From Nitrospirales bacterium (GTDB lineage Bacteria; Nitrospirota; Nitrospiria; Nitrospirales; UBA8639), in contig OY820905.2 in assembly GCA_963555755.3 (NCBI GenBank), positions 3,520,001 to 3,584,000 of the forward strand: a stretch of DNA of 64,000 nt, read 5' to 3'. Positions 53,569 to 63,530 of the stretch are shown piece by piece (within the stretch, counting starts at the first letter, position 1; each line of letters opens with the position of its first letter). The notes beneath the pieces were generated by a model. The model saw only the letters and a list, made by a program, of their open reading frames with translations. It was not told where the DNA came from and did not search any database. Made by a program: the position numbers and the translations under genes.

Positions 53569-55346
53569 TCCGAGGTTTTAGCCGCTCCGACCAGTTGACG
53601 TCCCATAATTCCAACCGCAGCCACTTGCACATCCCTGCCACGTTGGGGAGGAATTTTTAAATGACGAAGTACTTGTTCTCCAACTTCACGGAACACCGGA
53701 GCAGCAACCGTGGCACCCCATGCCGGCCCTTTTGGCTCGTCAATAACCACCAACATGACGAACCGAGGATCCTCGACTGGAGCAAACCCAACAAATGACC
53801 CAATGAATTTAGTCGATGAATAGGTTCCCGTTTCGGGATCGAACTTCTGCGCCGTTCCGGTTTTCCCGGCGACACGATATCCACGAATTGCCCCCTGCCT
53901 TCCCGTCCCACGCTCCACAACATTTTCTAGCAGAGCGGTCAGCGTTTGGGCCGTTCGATGACGAATGGGGTAACGACGAATCTCCGGGTCCCGATTCCAC
54001 ACCTGATCTCCTTGCATGGTATGAATCTGCTCAACGATGAATGGTTTCATCAGCGCCCCGCCATTCGCGATCGCCGAAACAGCCGTCACCAACTGGAGCG
54101 GCGTCACGGCAATTTCTTGCCCCATCGCGACAGACGGCAATGTCCGCGTACCCCATTTCGAAGGTTTCTTTAAAATCCCGACCGATTCACCAGGCAGATC
54201 GATTCCCGTCTTTTCTCCAAATCCAAACTTACGCAAATACCGGTACATGCGATCCTTCCCCAACCCTATGGCAGTCTTGGCTACAGCCACATTACTCGAC
54301 TGCTGAATGGCTTCTCGAAACGTGAGCCAGCCAGCTTTTTCATGATCGTGAATCACCGTCCCGCTAATCGGCAATTCGCCATCCCCAGCGTAAATAAGCG
54401 TGTCAGGCTCGACATGCCCTTCTTCCAACGCCGCAGCAGCCAGAATAATTTTCATGGTGGATCCGGGTTCATAGGGATCGGTCACGGCTCGATTCCGCCA
54501 CCGTTCAGGAGCAAACCCCATGGCATGATTAGGATCGAAGGTGGGACGGAGCGTCCAGGCCAAAATCCCTCCTGTCTGAGGATCCATGACAATGATCGAC
54601 CCCCCTTTCGCATGGGTTCGCTCCACAACTGACTCCAGCGCATGCTCAGCCATATATTGAATCACTTCGTCAATCGTGAGACGAATGGTGTGCCCTGACA
54701 GAGTGTCTGCCTCCTGCTGGTTTTCGGGAAAGATCACACGGCCAAGGGCATCTCGATGCAACATCACCTTTCGTGTTTGACCTTGAAGATACCGCTCATA
54801 TCTGACTTCCAGGCCTTCAAGCCCCTGGCTATCGATTCCCGCAAAACCCAACACATGTGCTAAGAGCGTGCCCTTGGGATAGAACCGTTGCTGTTCCTGC
54901 ACCAGCGCAATGCCCGGAAGGGACAATGCTTCCACTTGCGTGGCATACTGAGCATTAATCTTTCGTTTGATCCACACGAACTCACGCTTGCCCCGAAGGC
55001 GTTGCTCCAATATTGAACGTGGCATCTCCAAGACTTTAGACAAACGCTTCGCGGCCATCCACGAGTTTTTCACCGACACGGGGGAGGCATACACCGAAGG
55101 CACATCCACATTGAGTGCCAAGGCTCGACCGTGACGATCGACAATCACCCCACGGTTCGAATCGAGAGTAATCATTTTATGATGTTGGCGCTGAGCCTTC
55201 TTGGTCATCGTCTCCGCTTGAAGAATGTGCAGGTCAAAGAGACGGAGTAAGACCACGAGAAATCCCAGGAGAAAGATCACGCACATCACCGCTCGTCTCC
55301 CAGAATGGGCCTGTTCATCCTGTTCCCGACGATCAAACATCATCAA
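53565..55346 (-). CDS. ftsI: Penicillin-binding protein 3 (FtsI)
   Basis: EPGSTMK, SSN, KTGTAQ. Confidence 0.95.
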   Translation of the reverse strand: MMMFDRREQDEQAHSGRRAVMCVIFLLGFLVVLLRLFDLHILQAETMTKKAQRQHHKMITLDSNRGVIVDRHGRALALNVDVPSVYASPVSVKNSWMAAKRLSKVLEMPRSILEQRLRGKREFVWIKRKINAQYATQVEALSLPGIALVQEQQRFYPKGTLLAHVLGFAGIDSQGLEGLEVRYERYLQGQTRKVMLHRDALGRVIFPENQQEADTLSGHTIRLTIDEVIQYMAEHALESVVERTHAKGGSIIVMDPQTGGILAWTLRPTFDPNHAMGFAPERWRNRAVTDPYEPGSTMKIILAAAALEEGHVEPDTLIYAGDGELPISGTVIHDHEKAGWLTFREAIQQSSNVAVAKTAIGLGKDRMYRYLRKFGFGEKTGIDLPGESVGILKKPSKWGTRTLPSVAMGQEIAVTPLQLVTAVSAIANGGALMKPFIVEQIHTMQGDQVWNRDPEIRRYPIRHRTAQTLTALLENVVERGTGRQGAIRGYRVAGKTGTAQKFDPETGTYSSTKFIGSFVGFAPVEDPRFVMLVVIDEPKGPAWGATVAAPVFREVGEQVLRHLKIPPQRGRDVQVAAVGIMGRQLVGAAKTSE

Positions 55347-55687
55347 CGTGTCCTCACCGAAACATCTCGTTGAGCCACACGAAGCGGCTCAAAATTGTTG
55401 TGTTGTTTTTCTTTGTGTTGACCATCATCAGATACGAGAATTACCTGACCAGGGTTCGGAGGTCTCATGTTCAACTTGCCCGAAGCCTCGCGAGCAATTC
55501 TGTCCGGAGCCGTCAATTGTGAATAGGTCAGTTGAAGACGGTCATGTTTCTGCTCCAACGCAATTTTTCTCTGCGACAGTTGGTCCAGTTCATACCCCAC
55601 TCGCACGACATCCATTTTCCCCCACACGTAAAAAATGAATGTCGAACCTAAGCCCATAATCAAGAGAACAGAGAGTACAATCTTCAT
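55343..55687 (-). CDS. ftsL: Cell division protein FtsL
   Basis: TM plus coiled coil, between rsmH and ftsI. Confidence 0.85.
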   Translation of the reverse strand: MKIVLSVLLIMGLGSTFIFYVWGKMDVVRVGYELDQLSQRKIALEQKHDRLQLTYSQLTAPDRIAREASGKLNMRPPNPGQVILVSDDGQHKEKQHNNFEPLRVAQRDVSVRTR

Positions 55688-55692
55688 CGCAA

Positions 55693-56640
55693 CTAGCCTT
55701 TTACCTGCATGTCAGAAGTTTCTTGAGTTTTTTCTAAGACTCGTAATTTTGCGCTCCGGGCACGGGGATTCCGTTTCCGTTCTTCTACCGACGCCACGCA
55801 GGGTTTTTTCGTTAGAACAGTCACACGTTGGTCAGTCTGTTGTGAAAGCGCTCGAAACGTGTACTTCACGAGGCGATCTTCCAATGAATGAAATGAAATC
55901 ACACACATTCGACCTCCTGGTGCCAATCGATCGACCGCATCCTGCAACGCTGGAGTGATCACCGCTAATTCGTTGTTCACCGCAATGCGTAACGCTTGAA
56001 AAGTGCGCGTGGCCGGATGCAACCGCCCGTACCGATACGCGGGTGGAACCGATTGCTGAACCACCGATGCCAATTCGGAGGTGGTACGAAGTGGGGACGA
56101 TGTCCGCTGCCTGACAATCCCTCTGGCAATTCGCCGGGACAGTCGTTCTTCACCGAATTCGAAAATAACATTGGCCAATTCAGTTTCGGGCAAGGTATTC
56201 ACGAGTTCTCCGGCTGTCATAGAGAGGGAAGGGTTCATCCGCATATCTAAAGGTCCATCCTGCTGGAAACTAAAACCCCGGTCCGCATCGGCTAATTGCA
56301 CGGACGAAATACCCAGATCAAAAAGAATTCCGTCGACTTGGCCAACCCCTTCCGAATCCAGGATCGACCGGAGGTCTCGAAAGTTTCCACAATGAAACGA
56401 GACGTTGGAGATATATGGCTTGAGCGTTTTACGGGCCAATTCAAGCGCATCAGGATCTTGGTCAATGGCGATCAGTCGTCCATCTTTTCCGCAAGTCTGA
56501 AGGATTCTGGATGAAGTCCCTCCTGGACCGATAGTGCAATCCACATAACAACCATGAGGCTTCGGCCGTAACCAGAAGACAATTTCATCGACTAAAACCG
56601 GTACATGGCCCTTGTTTTCCTGCTCATTCCCGCCACTCAT
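55693..56640 (-). CDS. rsmH: 16S rRNA m4C1402 methyltransferase
   Basis: HVPVL, DLGISS, PLDMRM, FQALRIAVN, SFHSLEDR, NPRARSAKLR. Confidence 0.97.
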   Translation of the reverse strand: MSGGNEQENKGHVPVLVDEIVFWLRPKPHGCYVDCTIGPGGTSSRILQTCGKDGRLIAIDQDPDALELARKTLKPYISNVSFHCGNFRDLRSILDSEGVGQVDGILFDLGISSVQLADADRGFSFQQDGPLDMRMNPSLSMTAGELVNTLPETELANVIFEFGEERLSRRIARGIVRQRTSSPLRTTSELASVVQQSVPPAYRYGRLHPATRTFQALRIAVNNELAVITPALQDAVDRLAPGGRMCVISFHSLEDRLVKYTFRALSQQTDQRVTVLTKKPCVASVEERKRNPRARSAKLRVLEKTQETSDMQVKG

Positions 56641-56666
56641 CCATTTCTTCCCACTTCTACCCACTT
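56640..56666 (-). promoter_or_regulatory. MraZ-box-like direct repeats
   Basis: Minus strand AAGTGGGTAG-AAGTGGGAAG-AAATGGA, 10-bp period, directly before rsmH. Confidence 0.55.
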
Positions 56667-56800
56667 AGTAGGCAGTATAGCGCTATTCCTTCTCTTGTCA
56701 AGGAAAATCAATGACTTAGCGATGTCAAAATATGGCCGGATAGCCGCTAAAAACTACAACATGTGGTGGGTAACCAAAAGCAGAAAAAAAGGAATGAGAA

Positions 56801-57197
56801 AACTCCTAATCGCACATCTGGAACAGGCTTCAAACCTTGCAAATCCTCTCCTGTTGTCATGTCGCCTCTCCTCTGTTGTCATGTCGCCCCTTCTTTGTTG
56901 TCATTTCGACCCTTGGGAGAAATCTCGCCGGTCCTGCCACGCGTGGCCAGGCGTTCCACCCCCACAAAGAGATTTCTCCTTCCACTCGAAATGACAAGAG
57001 GAACTCCTAATCGCACATCTGGAACAGGCTTCAAACCTTGCCAATCCTCTCCTGTTGTCATGTCGCCCCTCCTCTGTTGTCATGTCGCCCCTTCTTTGTT
57101 GTCATTTCGACCCTTGGGAGAAATCTCGCCGGTCCTGCCACGCGTGGCCAGGCGTTCCACCCCCACAAAGAGATTTCTCCTTCCACTCGAAATGACA
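56801..57197 (+). repeat. Tandem duplication (~196-bp unit, period 201) containing a REP-like palindrome
   Basis: 56801-56996 and 57002-57197 are nearly identical. Confidence 0.9.
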
Positions 57198-57275
57198 GAA
57201 TGGGATTCCTGCTTGGTCAGCTCGAACAGGCTTGTAACCTTGAACCTCCCCTCCGTTGGTCATACTAGGCCCTTC

Positions 57276-57442
57276 AACCTAGAAACAGCAATTGGATCAC
57301 AAAAGTCCGCGCAAGCTCTTGGCGCACCTGATAAAATACAAAAATGTCTTATCACCACCGAGGTGACTACGACTTTTTGTATTTCACCATGCACACCAAT
57401 ATCTTACACGGCTTTTTTGCGCCCAACTGCCGTTTCTAGGTT
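57276..57442. mobile_element. MITE (AACCTAGAAAC...GTTTCTAGGTT), intact copy of the element interrupted at 13172-14733
   Basis: Terminal inverted repeat; interior matches the IS256 flanks in reverse complement. Confidence 0.75.
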
Positions 57443-57501
57443 CAATCGACTCAGGACGCGAGCCCTTTGAGGAAGATAAAACTTTCGAGAGGAAAAACGA
57501 A

Positions 57502-58797
57502 TCAGGGGTAAAGACGGGACAGCATTCTGGGGAATGGAATAGTTTCTCGGACATGATCGAGTCCACAGATCCACGCCACCGCTCGTTCAATGCCCATCCC
57601 AAACCCGGCATGTGGGACAGACCCATAACGGCGTAGGTCAAGATACCATCGGAAGGCATCCTCGGAGAGATCATGTTCCTGTAGACGAGAGAGGAGAGTC
57701 TGATAGTCATGAATCCGCTGCCCACCGCCAATAATTTCACCGTACCCCTCTGGCGCCAACACATCCATGCACATCGCAAGATCAGGCTGTTGTGGATCGG
57801 ACTGCATGTAAAACGCTTTGATCGCCGCAGGATATCGATGCACGATCAAGGGTTTGTGATATTCGTGGGACAACAGCGTCTCGTCTTCGGCCCCAAAGTC
57901 ATCACCAGATTGAATAGCGGATCCGCCCTTGTGTAAACAGTCAACAGCCTCTCGGTACGTAACCCGTGGAAACGGCGGGGTGATCGCTTCCAGCTTGGAC
58001 ACGTCGCGCCCTAACACTTTTAATTCTTCTTGCCGTTTCTCTAACACACGCTGAACGATCATCACCAAAAATGCCTCGGCCAATTCCATGACATCGGCTA
58101 ATTCCGCAAAAGCGACTTCGGGTTCGACCATCCAAAATTCCATCAGGTGACGACGCGTTTTGGATTTTTCAGCTCGAAAAGTCGGACCGAAGCAATACAC
58201 CTTGCCAAACGCCGCTGCCGCAGCTTCTCCATACAACTGTCCACTCTGCGCTAAATAGGCCGTCTCCTCAAAATATTGCGTCTGAAACAGGGTCGTCGTT
58301 CCTTCACAGGCATTGGGTGTGAATATGGGCGTATCCACCAACACAAAATCACGATCATCAAAAAAGTCTCGGCAGGCCTTCACGATTTCATGACGAATCT
58401 TCAGGATCGCATGCTGCCGACTAGACCGCAGCCACAGATGCCGGTGGTCCATCAAAAACCCGACACTATGCTCTTTGGGTTGAATAGGAAAAGGCTCAGC
58501 GAGGTGTAGGATGTGAATATGGGAAACATCCAATTCATACCCGCCAGGGGCACGGTCATCGGCTCGGATTCGCCCTGTCACTTCAATGGAAGATTCCTGA
58601 GTAAGATGAGAGGCAGCCTTAAACTGTTCCTCATCCATTGTTGCCTTACTCAAAATGGCTTGTAATTCTCCCGTGCCATCACGAATGGTAAGAAATTGGA
58701 CTTTGCCTTTTGAACGGTGACGTCGCACCCAACCGCGAATTTGAACTTCTTTCTCGTTAAACTGTTCAATCTGTGATAGGGAAATTGGAGATAGCAT
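57502..58797 (-). CDS. asnS: Asparagine--tRNA ligase
   Basis: [55 protein letters not shown]. Confidence 0.95.
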   Translation of the reverse strand: MLSPISLSQIEQFNEKEVQIRGWVRRHRSKGKVQFLTIRDGTGELQAILSKATMDEEQFKAASHLTQESSIEVTGRIRADDRAPGGYELDVSHIHILHLAEPFPIQPKEHSVGFLMDHRHLWLRSSRQHAILKIRHEIVKACRDFFDDRDFVLVDTPIFTPNACEGTTTLFQTQYFEETAYLAQSGQLYGEAAAAAFGKVYCFGPTFRAEKSKTRRHLMEFWMVEPEVAFAELADVMELAEAFLVMIVQRVLEKRQEELKVLGRDVSKLEAITPPFPRVTYREAVDCLHKGGSAIQSGDDFGAEDETLLSHEYHKPLIVHRYPAAIKAFYMQSDPQQPDLAMCMDVLAPEGYGEIIGGGQRIHDYQTLLSRLQEHDLSEDAFRWYLDLRRYGSVPHAGFGMGIERAVAWICGLDHVRETIPFPRMLSRLYP

Positions 58798-59160
58798 GGT
58801 TGTAAATGAAATTAACGAATAAAAAAAACTCGGTCCTTTTACCTGGGAAAACCTACGCTACGAAACCTTTCATGAGAATGCAAGAGGACATGACCATGAA
58901 AAGCGTCGTTGGATAATGCCAAGCTTCCTCGATAGCTGGCTATTTCTGACATATCGTTAAAAGAGAAGATGAAGCACCAGGGACTGTTCAAAATGGCTGT
59001 CCAGCAAGGCCGCAAGCAGTGAGGAGGGCGAGGCGTACGCTGCGTACGTTGAGCCCTCCGAGCAATGAGAACGCCGCTGGCGGCCATTTTGAACAGTCCC
59101 TGAATTGACACGAAAGGAAGGGCACGACTATCATGAGCTCTTCACAAGGAGGATATCATT

Positions 59161-59484
59161 ATGAGTTATGCGATTACGGTTCGCGATCTGAAGGATCGCT
59201 TGGATAAAGGTGATACGATTTTTTTATTGGATGTCCGGGAGCCTCACGAGTACTCCATGGCAAAGATTGAAGGATCGGTTCTGATTCCCCTTGGGGAATT
59301 ACCCACGTCGCTGGACAAATTAAACTCCAACGACGAAATTGTCGCATTGTGCCATCGAGGCATGCGAAGTGCTGATGCCGTTGGCTTTCTCATGCAACAA
59401 GGCTTCAGTAACGTCAAAAATCTCATCGGAGGCATTGACGCCTGGTCCATAGAAGTTGACCCAGAAGTTCCACGATATCGATAG
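59161..59484 (+). CDS. Rhodanese-like protein
   Basis: LLDVREPHE, CHRGMRS, GGIDAW, DPEVPRY. Confidence 0.9.
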   Translation: MSYAITVRDLKDRLDKGDTIFLLDVREPHEYSMAKIEGSVLIPLGELPTSLDKLNSNDEIVALCHRGMRSADAVGFLMQQGFSNVKNLIGGIDAWSIEVDPEVPRYR

Positions 59485-59529
59485 ATACATGCCGATCATG
59501 TTGTCTCGCTTGCTGAGAAGATGAGGAAG

Positions 59530-60450
59530 TTATTTTTTTTGTTGAAAAAACTCCACCGTTTCGGCAAACCCTTCAGCTAGGGACACGATGGGCTCCCAAC
59601 CAGTTTCCTCAGTGAGTTTTGAACAATCCAACACACTACGCAACTGCTCCCCCTTTTTCTCGGGACCATGCAGTTCCTTACATTCCACTTGGGTGAGGGT
59701 CTTTAATCGGGTGAAGATATTGTTCACTGTCGTTTCTTCACCCGTCCCCACATTATATATACCATTTACGTGCTGATCAGAGGCCGTCATGACCGCCTCC
59801 ACCACATCTCGAACATACACATAATCACGAGTTTGCAACCCATTTCCATTGATCAGGATTTGCTGCCCTTTTAACAATTGTTGCGAAAATATCGCAATCA
59901 CTCCGGCTTCCCCTTCCGGATTCTGCCGGGGACCATACACATTGCCAAACCGTAGTGCGGCATAGTGAAGTCCGGCCACATAACGATAGTATTCAAGATA
60001 ATATTCACAGGATAACTTACTGATTCCATAGGGGGATAGGGGAGAAGTTGGGTGAGTTTCCGGGGCAGGAAATTGATTTTGCTCTCCATAGACCGCTCCT
60101 CCGGAGGAAGCAAACACGATTTTCCTGACTCCATATTTTACCGACAATTGCAACAGGTTAATCGTGCCAAGGATGTTGACATTGGCATCGAACATCGGAT
60201 CTTCCGTTGACCGCCGAACGTTCATCTGCGCGGCCAAATGCACGATCACCACAGGGCGTTCACGTTTAAATATTCTATCTAAACGCGAACTGCGGATATT
60301 CGTTTTATATAACACGGCCTCTCGATTGACATTCTTGCGTTTCCCAGTCGATAAATTATCGATCACCGAAACTTGATGCCCTTCCTGAACAAACCGATCG
60401 ACCACATGCGAACCAATAAAACCTGCACCGCCTGTCACTAATACATTCAT
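59530..60450 (-). CDS. NAD-dependent epimerase/dehydratase (UDP-glucose 4-epimerase-like)
   Basis: TGGAGFIGS, SSGGAVYG, YGISK, NVYGPRQ, RDYVYV. Confidence 0.92.
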   Translation of the reverse strand: MNVLVTGGAGFIGSHVVDRFVQEGHQVSVIDNLSTGKRKNVNREAVLYKTNIRSSRLDRIFKRERPVVIVHLAAQMNVRRSTEDPMFDANVNILGTINLLQLSVKYGVRKIVFASSGGAVYGEQNQFPAPETHPTSPLSPYGISKLSCEYYLEYYRYVAGLHYAALRFGNVYGPRQNPEGEAGVIAIFSQQLLKGQQILINGNGLQTRDYVYVRDVVEAVMTASDQHVNGIYNVGTGEETTVNNIFTRLKTLTQVECKELHGPEKKGEQLRSVLDCSKLTEETGWEPIVSLAEGFAETVEFFQQKK

Positions 60451-60567
60451 GAACGTCCTTTCAACTGATCCCGCTCTGCGATCAGGATACACCAAGATGG
60501 GAAGATGGGTTCTAAAAAGAAGAGCGTCAAGAGCATATCAGTCACCCCAAGCCATCGACGGCCATCC

Positions 60568-61326
60568 TTACCTAGGTGACCACCGCAACCCCAACAACAT
60601 CTCCCGATTCCCCCTTTTCCCCATCACAGGAGAATCGAGATGGCCGAGACATGCAAAGCCCAGATTTTTCGCAATTCCCTCTACCTTGTCAATCACGGCT
60701 GCACGAACCGCCTCATCACGAACGATGCCTCCACGGCCAACCTGTTTAATCCCGGCTTCGAATTGAGGCTTGACCAAGGCAATCACCCAAGCCTGCGCCG
60801 CCAAAAATTTTATGACACATGGCAGAACAAGTTTTAAGGATATAAACGACACGTCAATCACTCCGAGCGCAATGGGTTCGGGAATCGTCTCGGCATCGAG
60901 ATGACGAATATTACATCGCTCCATGACCACGACTCTGGGGTCATTGCGAAGCCGCCAATCCAATTGCCCATATCCTACATCGATCGCATACACGCGCTCC
61001 GCGCCTCGTTGCAACAGACAATCGGTAAAGCCACCGGTTGAGGCACCGATATCCATAGCCGTCAATCCCTGACAGGAAAGGTGAAACGCATCCAATGCCG
61101 CCACCAGTTTATCACCGGCCCGACTGACATAGGCCGGGGCTAAGGGTGTTACTTCAATCGTGGCTGTTTCATCCACCAGCTTGGCACGTTTATCAACCAC
61201 AATCCCGTTCACTTGAACTGACCCGGCCAATATGATACGTCCTGCTTGTTCACGACTGGGCACCAGTCCACGATCGACGAGAACGCCGTCGAGACGCTGT
61301 TTAGGAACATTCTTCTGACGAGTCAT
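60568..61326 (-). CDS. tlyA: TlyA family rRNA 2'-O-methyltransferase
   Basis: S4 domain, YVSRAGDKL, DIGASTGGFTD, DVSFIS, KPQFE. Confidence 0.95.
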   Translation of the reverse strand: MTRQKNVPKQRLDGVLVDRGLVPSREQAGRIILAGSVQVNGIVVDKRAKLVDETATIEVTPLAPAYVSRAGDKLVAALDAFHLSCQGLTAMDIGASTGGFTDCLLQRGAERVYAIDVGYGQLDWRLRNDPRVVVMERCNIRHLDAETIPEPIALGVIDVSFISLKLVLPCVIKFLAAQAWVIALVKPQFEAGIKQVGRGGIVRDEAVRAAVIDKVEGIAKNLGFACLGHLDSPVMGKRGNREMLLGLRWSPR

Positions 61327-61408
61327 ACATTACTGGAGTGAAATCGCGAGCGGATGTTCTTGGAAAGACGTACGCCGAGGCAGGTCATTCCCCGCCCCCG
61401 GACAAGGA

Positions 61409-61648
61409 TTACATAGCTTCTTCTTTGTCAACGCTAAACGCTTGAAGTCGCTTTTTCCCGCCGGTGTCTTGAACCATGATTTCCACTTTTCGTTCGGCAT
61501 CGTCAAGCATTTTCAAGCACGTCTTGGACAGTTTAATACCTTCTTCAAATATTTGCAGCGAGTTATTCAACGAAAGATCACCCTTCTCCAATTCGTTGAC
61601 AATCGTTTCCAGCCTTGCCAAGGCATCTTCAAATTTTATGGCTGCCAT
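61409..61648 (-). CDS. xseB: Exodeoxyribonuclease VII small subunit
   Basis: FEDALARLETIVNELEKGDLSL..FEEG. Confidence 0.95.
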   Translation of the reverse strand: MAAIKFEDALARLETIVNELEKGDLSLNNSLQIFEEGIKLSKTCLKMLDDAERKVEIMVQDTGGKKRLQAFSVDKEEAM

Positions 61649-61799
61649 ATCTTCTCCCTATTCCTTTGGTATGCCCGACACCACACAATCCCGGCATGTG
61701 CACCATGGGCCAGGTGAATCGGTGTCTTTACATTTGTACTCGGCTACGGCCCTTTCTGCAATACGGAATTCAAGCGGCCCCATTATACGCTGCTCCATT

Positions 61800-62020
61800 C
61801 AGAGGTCAAGGATTGGCAGAGGTCAAGGATTGGCAGAGGTCAAGGATTGGCAGAGGTCAAGGATTGGCAGAGGTCAAGGATTGGCAGAGGTCAAGGATTG
61901 GCAGAGGTCAAGGATTGGCAGAGGTCAAGGATTGGCAGAGGTCAAGGATTGGCAGAGGTCAAGGATTGGCAGAGGTCAAGGATTGGCAGAGGTCAAGGAT
62001 TGGCAGAGGTCAAGGATTGG
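61800..62020. repeat. Perfect tandem repeat, 13 x 17 bp (CAGAGGTCAAGGATTGG)
   Basis: 221 bp of identical units; the last unit contains the xseA stop codon. Confidence 0.95.
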
Positions 62021-63446
62021 CCAGCGGATCAACCCGTTCAATAAGACAGGACAACGATCCATCGGCAAGAAGCGCGCGAACCCGTTCTCCCGCTTGGACT
62101 TGAGTATGGCTTTTCACGATGTCCCCATTTGATTCTCGCTCGAGTACACTATACCCACGGGAGAGAATGGCGAGTGGGTTTAAGGTCTGCAGGGACATGG
62201 CAACAGTGCGAAACTGATGCCGTTTCGAACTCACCACCACCGGCATCGCCCTCTTCACTTGCGTGGAATATTGATGAACGAGCATCGATGCTCGTTTAAT
62301 GGTCTGATGAGGACTCCGCAGCATTAAAGCAGATGACAGGGCCATCAGGATCGGACGACGTTCCAGCTGTACACTTTTCATGGCACGTGTGAGGCGATGA
62401 TTCAAATCATCAATCCTCTGGACCTGCATCTGAAGAATATGCTGCGGATCAGGGAGCGCGCGATACGCCGCTCTGAACTGATGCCGAATCTTCACCAGTT
62501 GATTATGCATTCCCTGAAATACGCGCTCCCCATACACTTGTATTCCTCTGATTAACTCATCCAGGACTGGCGAGACTGCCTCCGCCGCCGCCGAGGGGGT
62601 CGGTGCACGATAGTCCGCCGCAAAATCAGCTAACGTCACGTCGATTTCATGACCAACGGCTGACACGACCGGGGTACGACAATCCGCGATAGCACGAACG
62701 ACTACCTCTTCATTAAAGCACCACAAATCTTCCCATGACCCACCACCTCGACCCACGATCATGACATCCACGTCGCCTTGATGATCACACCGCCTGATAG
62801 CCTCCGCAATTTGCTCTGCAGCCCCATCGCCTTGAACCAACACGGGATACAGCAGCACGCTGATTATGGGGCACCGACGGTGAAGAACCGTCAGAATATC
62901 GCGTAGCGCAGCACCGGTTTGTGAGGTGATGACACCGATTTTCCCTGGCAAAAACGGCAGCGATTGCTTGCGTGATGATTCAAATAATCCTTCTTTTTCG
63001 AGTTTCTCTTTGAGCTGTTCATACGCAAGCTGCAAGGCTCCCACGCCCTGAGGGTCAATGGAATCCACCAGCACTTGGTAGTCGCCTCGCGGTTCATACA
63101 CTGTCACTCTCCCGCGCACCACCACTTGGAGACCATTCTCCAAGGCAAATCTCAGCAGCACAGCGGTCCGACGAAACACCACCGCTCGAATTTGGCTCTT
63201 GTCGTCTTTCAGGGTGAAATACATGTGACCAGAGTTCGGCATGGCCAGATTCGACACTTCTCCTTGAACCCAAATACTGGAGAACGTGCGTTCGAGGGAC
63301 ATACGAATGTTGGTGGTAAGTTCAGTGACCGTAAGGGCAGTAGGTGTAGTCACGGGCAGCAGGGATGCGATTAGGGTTCGCGAAAGAATAACTTCCCCTG
63401 TTTGGGTGTTGAGGCGCCTGTCTGGCAAGGCGCGAGGACTGCGCAT
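62010..63446 (-). CDS. xseA: Exodeoxyribonuclease VII large subunit (true start probably downstream of 63446)
   Basis: WVQGEVSN, SGHMYFTLKD, GRGGGSWEDLW, SAVGHEID, APTPSAAAE, LSRGYS. Confidence 0.95.
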   Translation of the reverse strand: MRSPRALPDRRLNTQTGEVILSRTLIASLLPVTTPTALTVTELTTNIRMSLERTFSSIWVQGEVSNLAMPNSGHMYFTLKDDKSQIRAVVFRRTAVLLRFALENGLQVVVRGRVTVYEPRGDYQVLVDSIDPQGVGALQLAYEQLKEKLEKEGLFESSRKQSLPFLPGKIGVITSQTGAALRDILTVLHRRCPIISVLLYPVLVQGDGAAEQIAEAIRRCDHQGDVDVMIVGRGGGSWEDLWCFNEEVVVRAIADCRTPVVSAVGHEIDVTLADFAADYRAPTPSAAAEAVSPVLDELIRGIQVYGERVFQGMHNQLVKIRHQFRAAYRALPDPQHILQMQVQRIDDLNHRLTRAMKSVQLERRPILMALSSALMLRSPHQTIKRASMLVHQYSTQVKRAMPVVVSSKRHQFRTVAMSLQTLNPLAILSRGYSVLERESNGDIVKSHTQVQAGERVRALLADGSLSCLIERVDPLANP

Positions 63447-63530
63447 ACTCCTCGTATGGAAAGGACGAGCAACGCCGCCAGACGGGATGGATCGACGCCC
63501 AAACAGGGGAAGTTATTCTTTCGCGAACCC

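Noticed and set aside
37851..55638. Many plus-strand ORFs across the dcw cluster
   Set aside because: Antisense shadows of well-conserved minus-strand genes.
56763..57470. 235-aa repeat-containing ORF
   Set aside because: It consists of the tandem duplication and MITE sequence.
61326..61409. Absence of ispA/dxs between xseB and tlyA
   Set aside because: Gene-order variation here is common and no remnant is visible.
61800..62020. CRISPR array
   Set aside because: Units are contiguous with no spacers, and no cas genes are present.
61476..62132. ORFs with repeating GQGLAEVKDWQRSRIGR peptides
   Set aside because: Translation by-product of the 17-bp tandem array.
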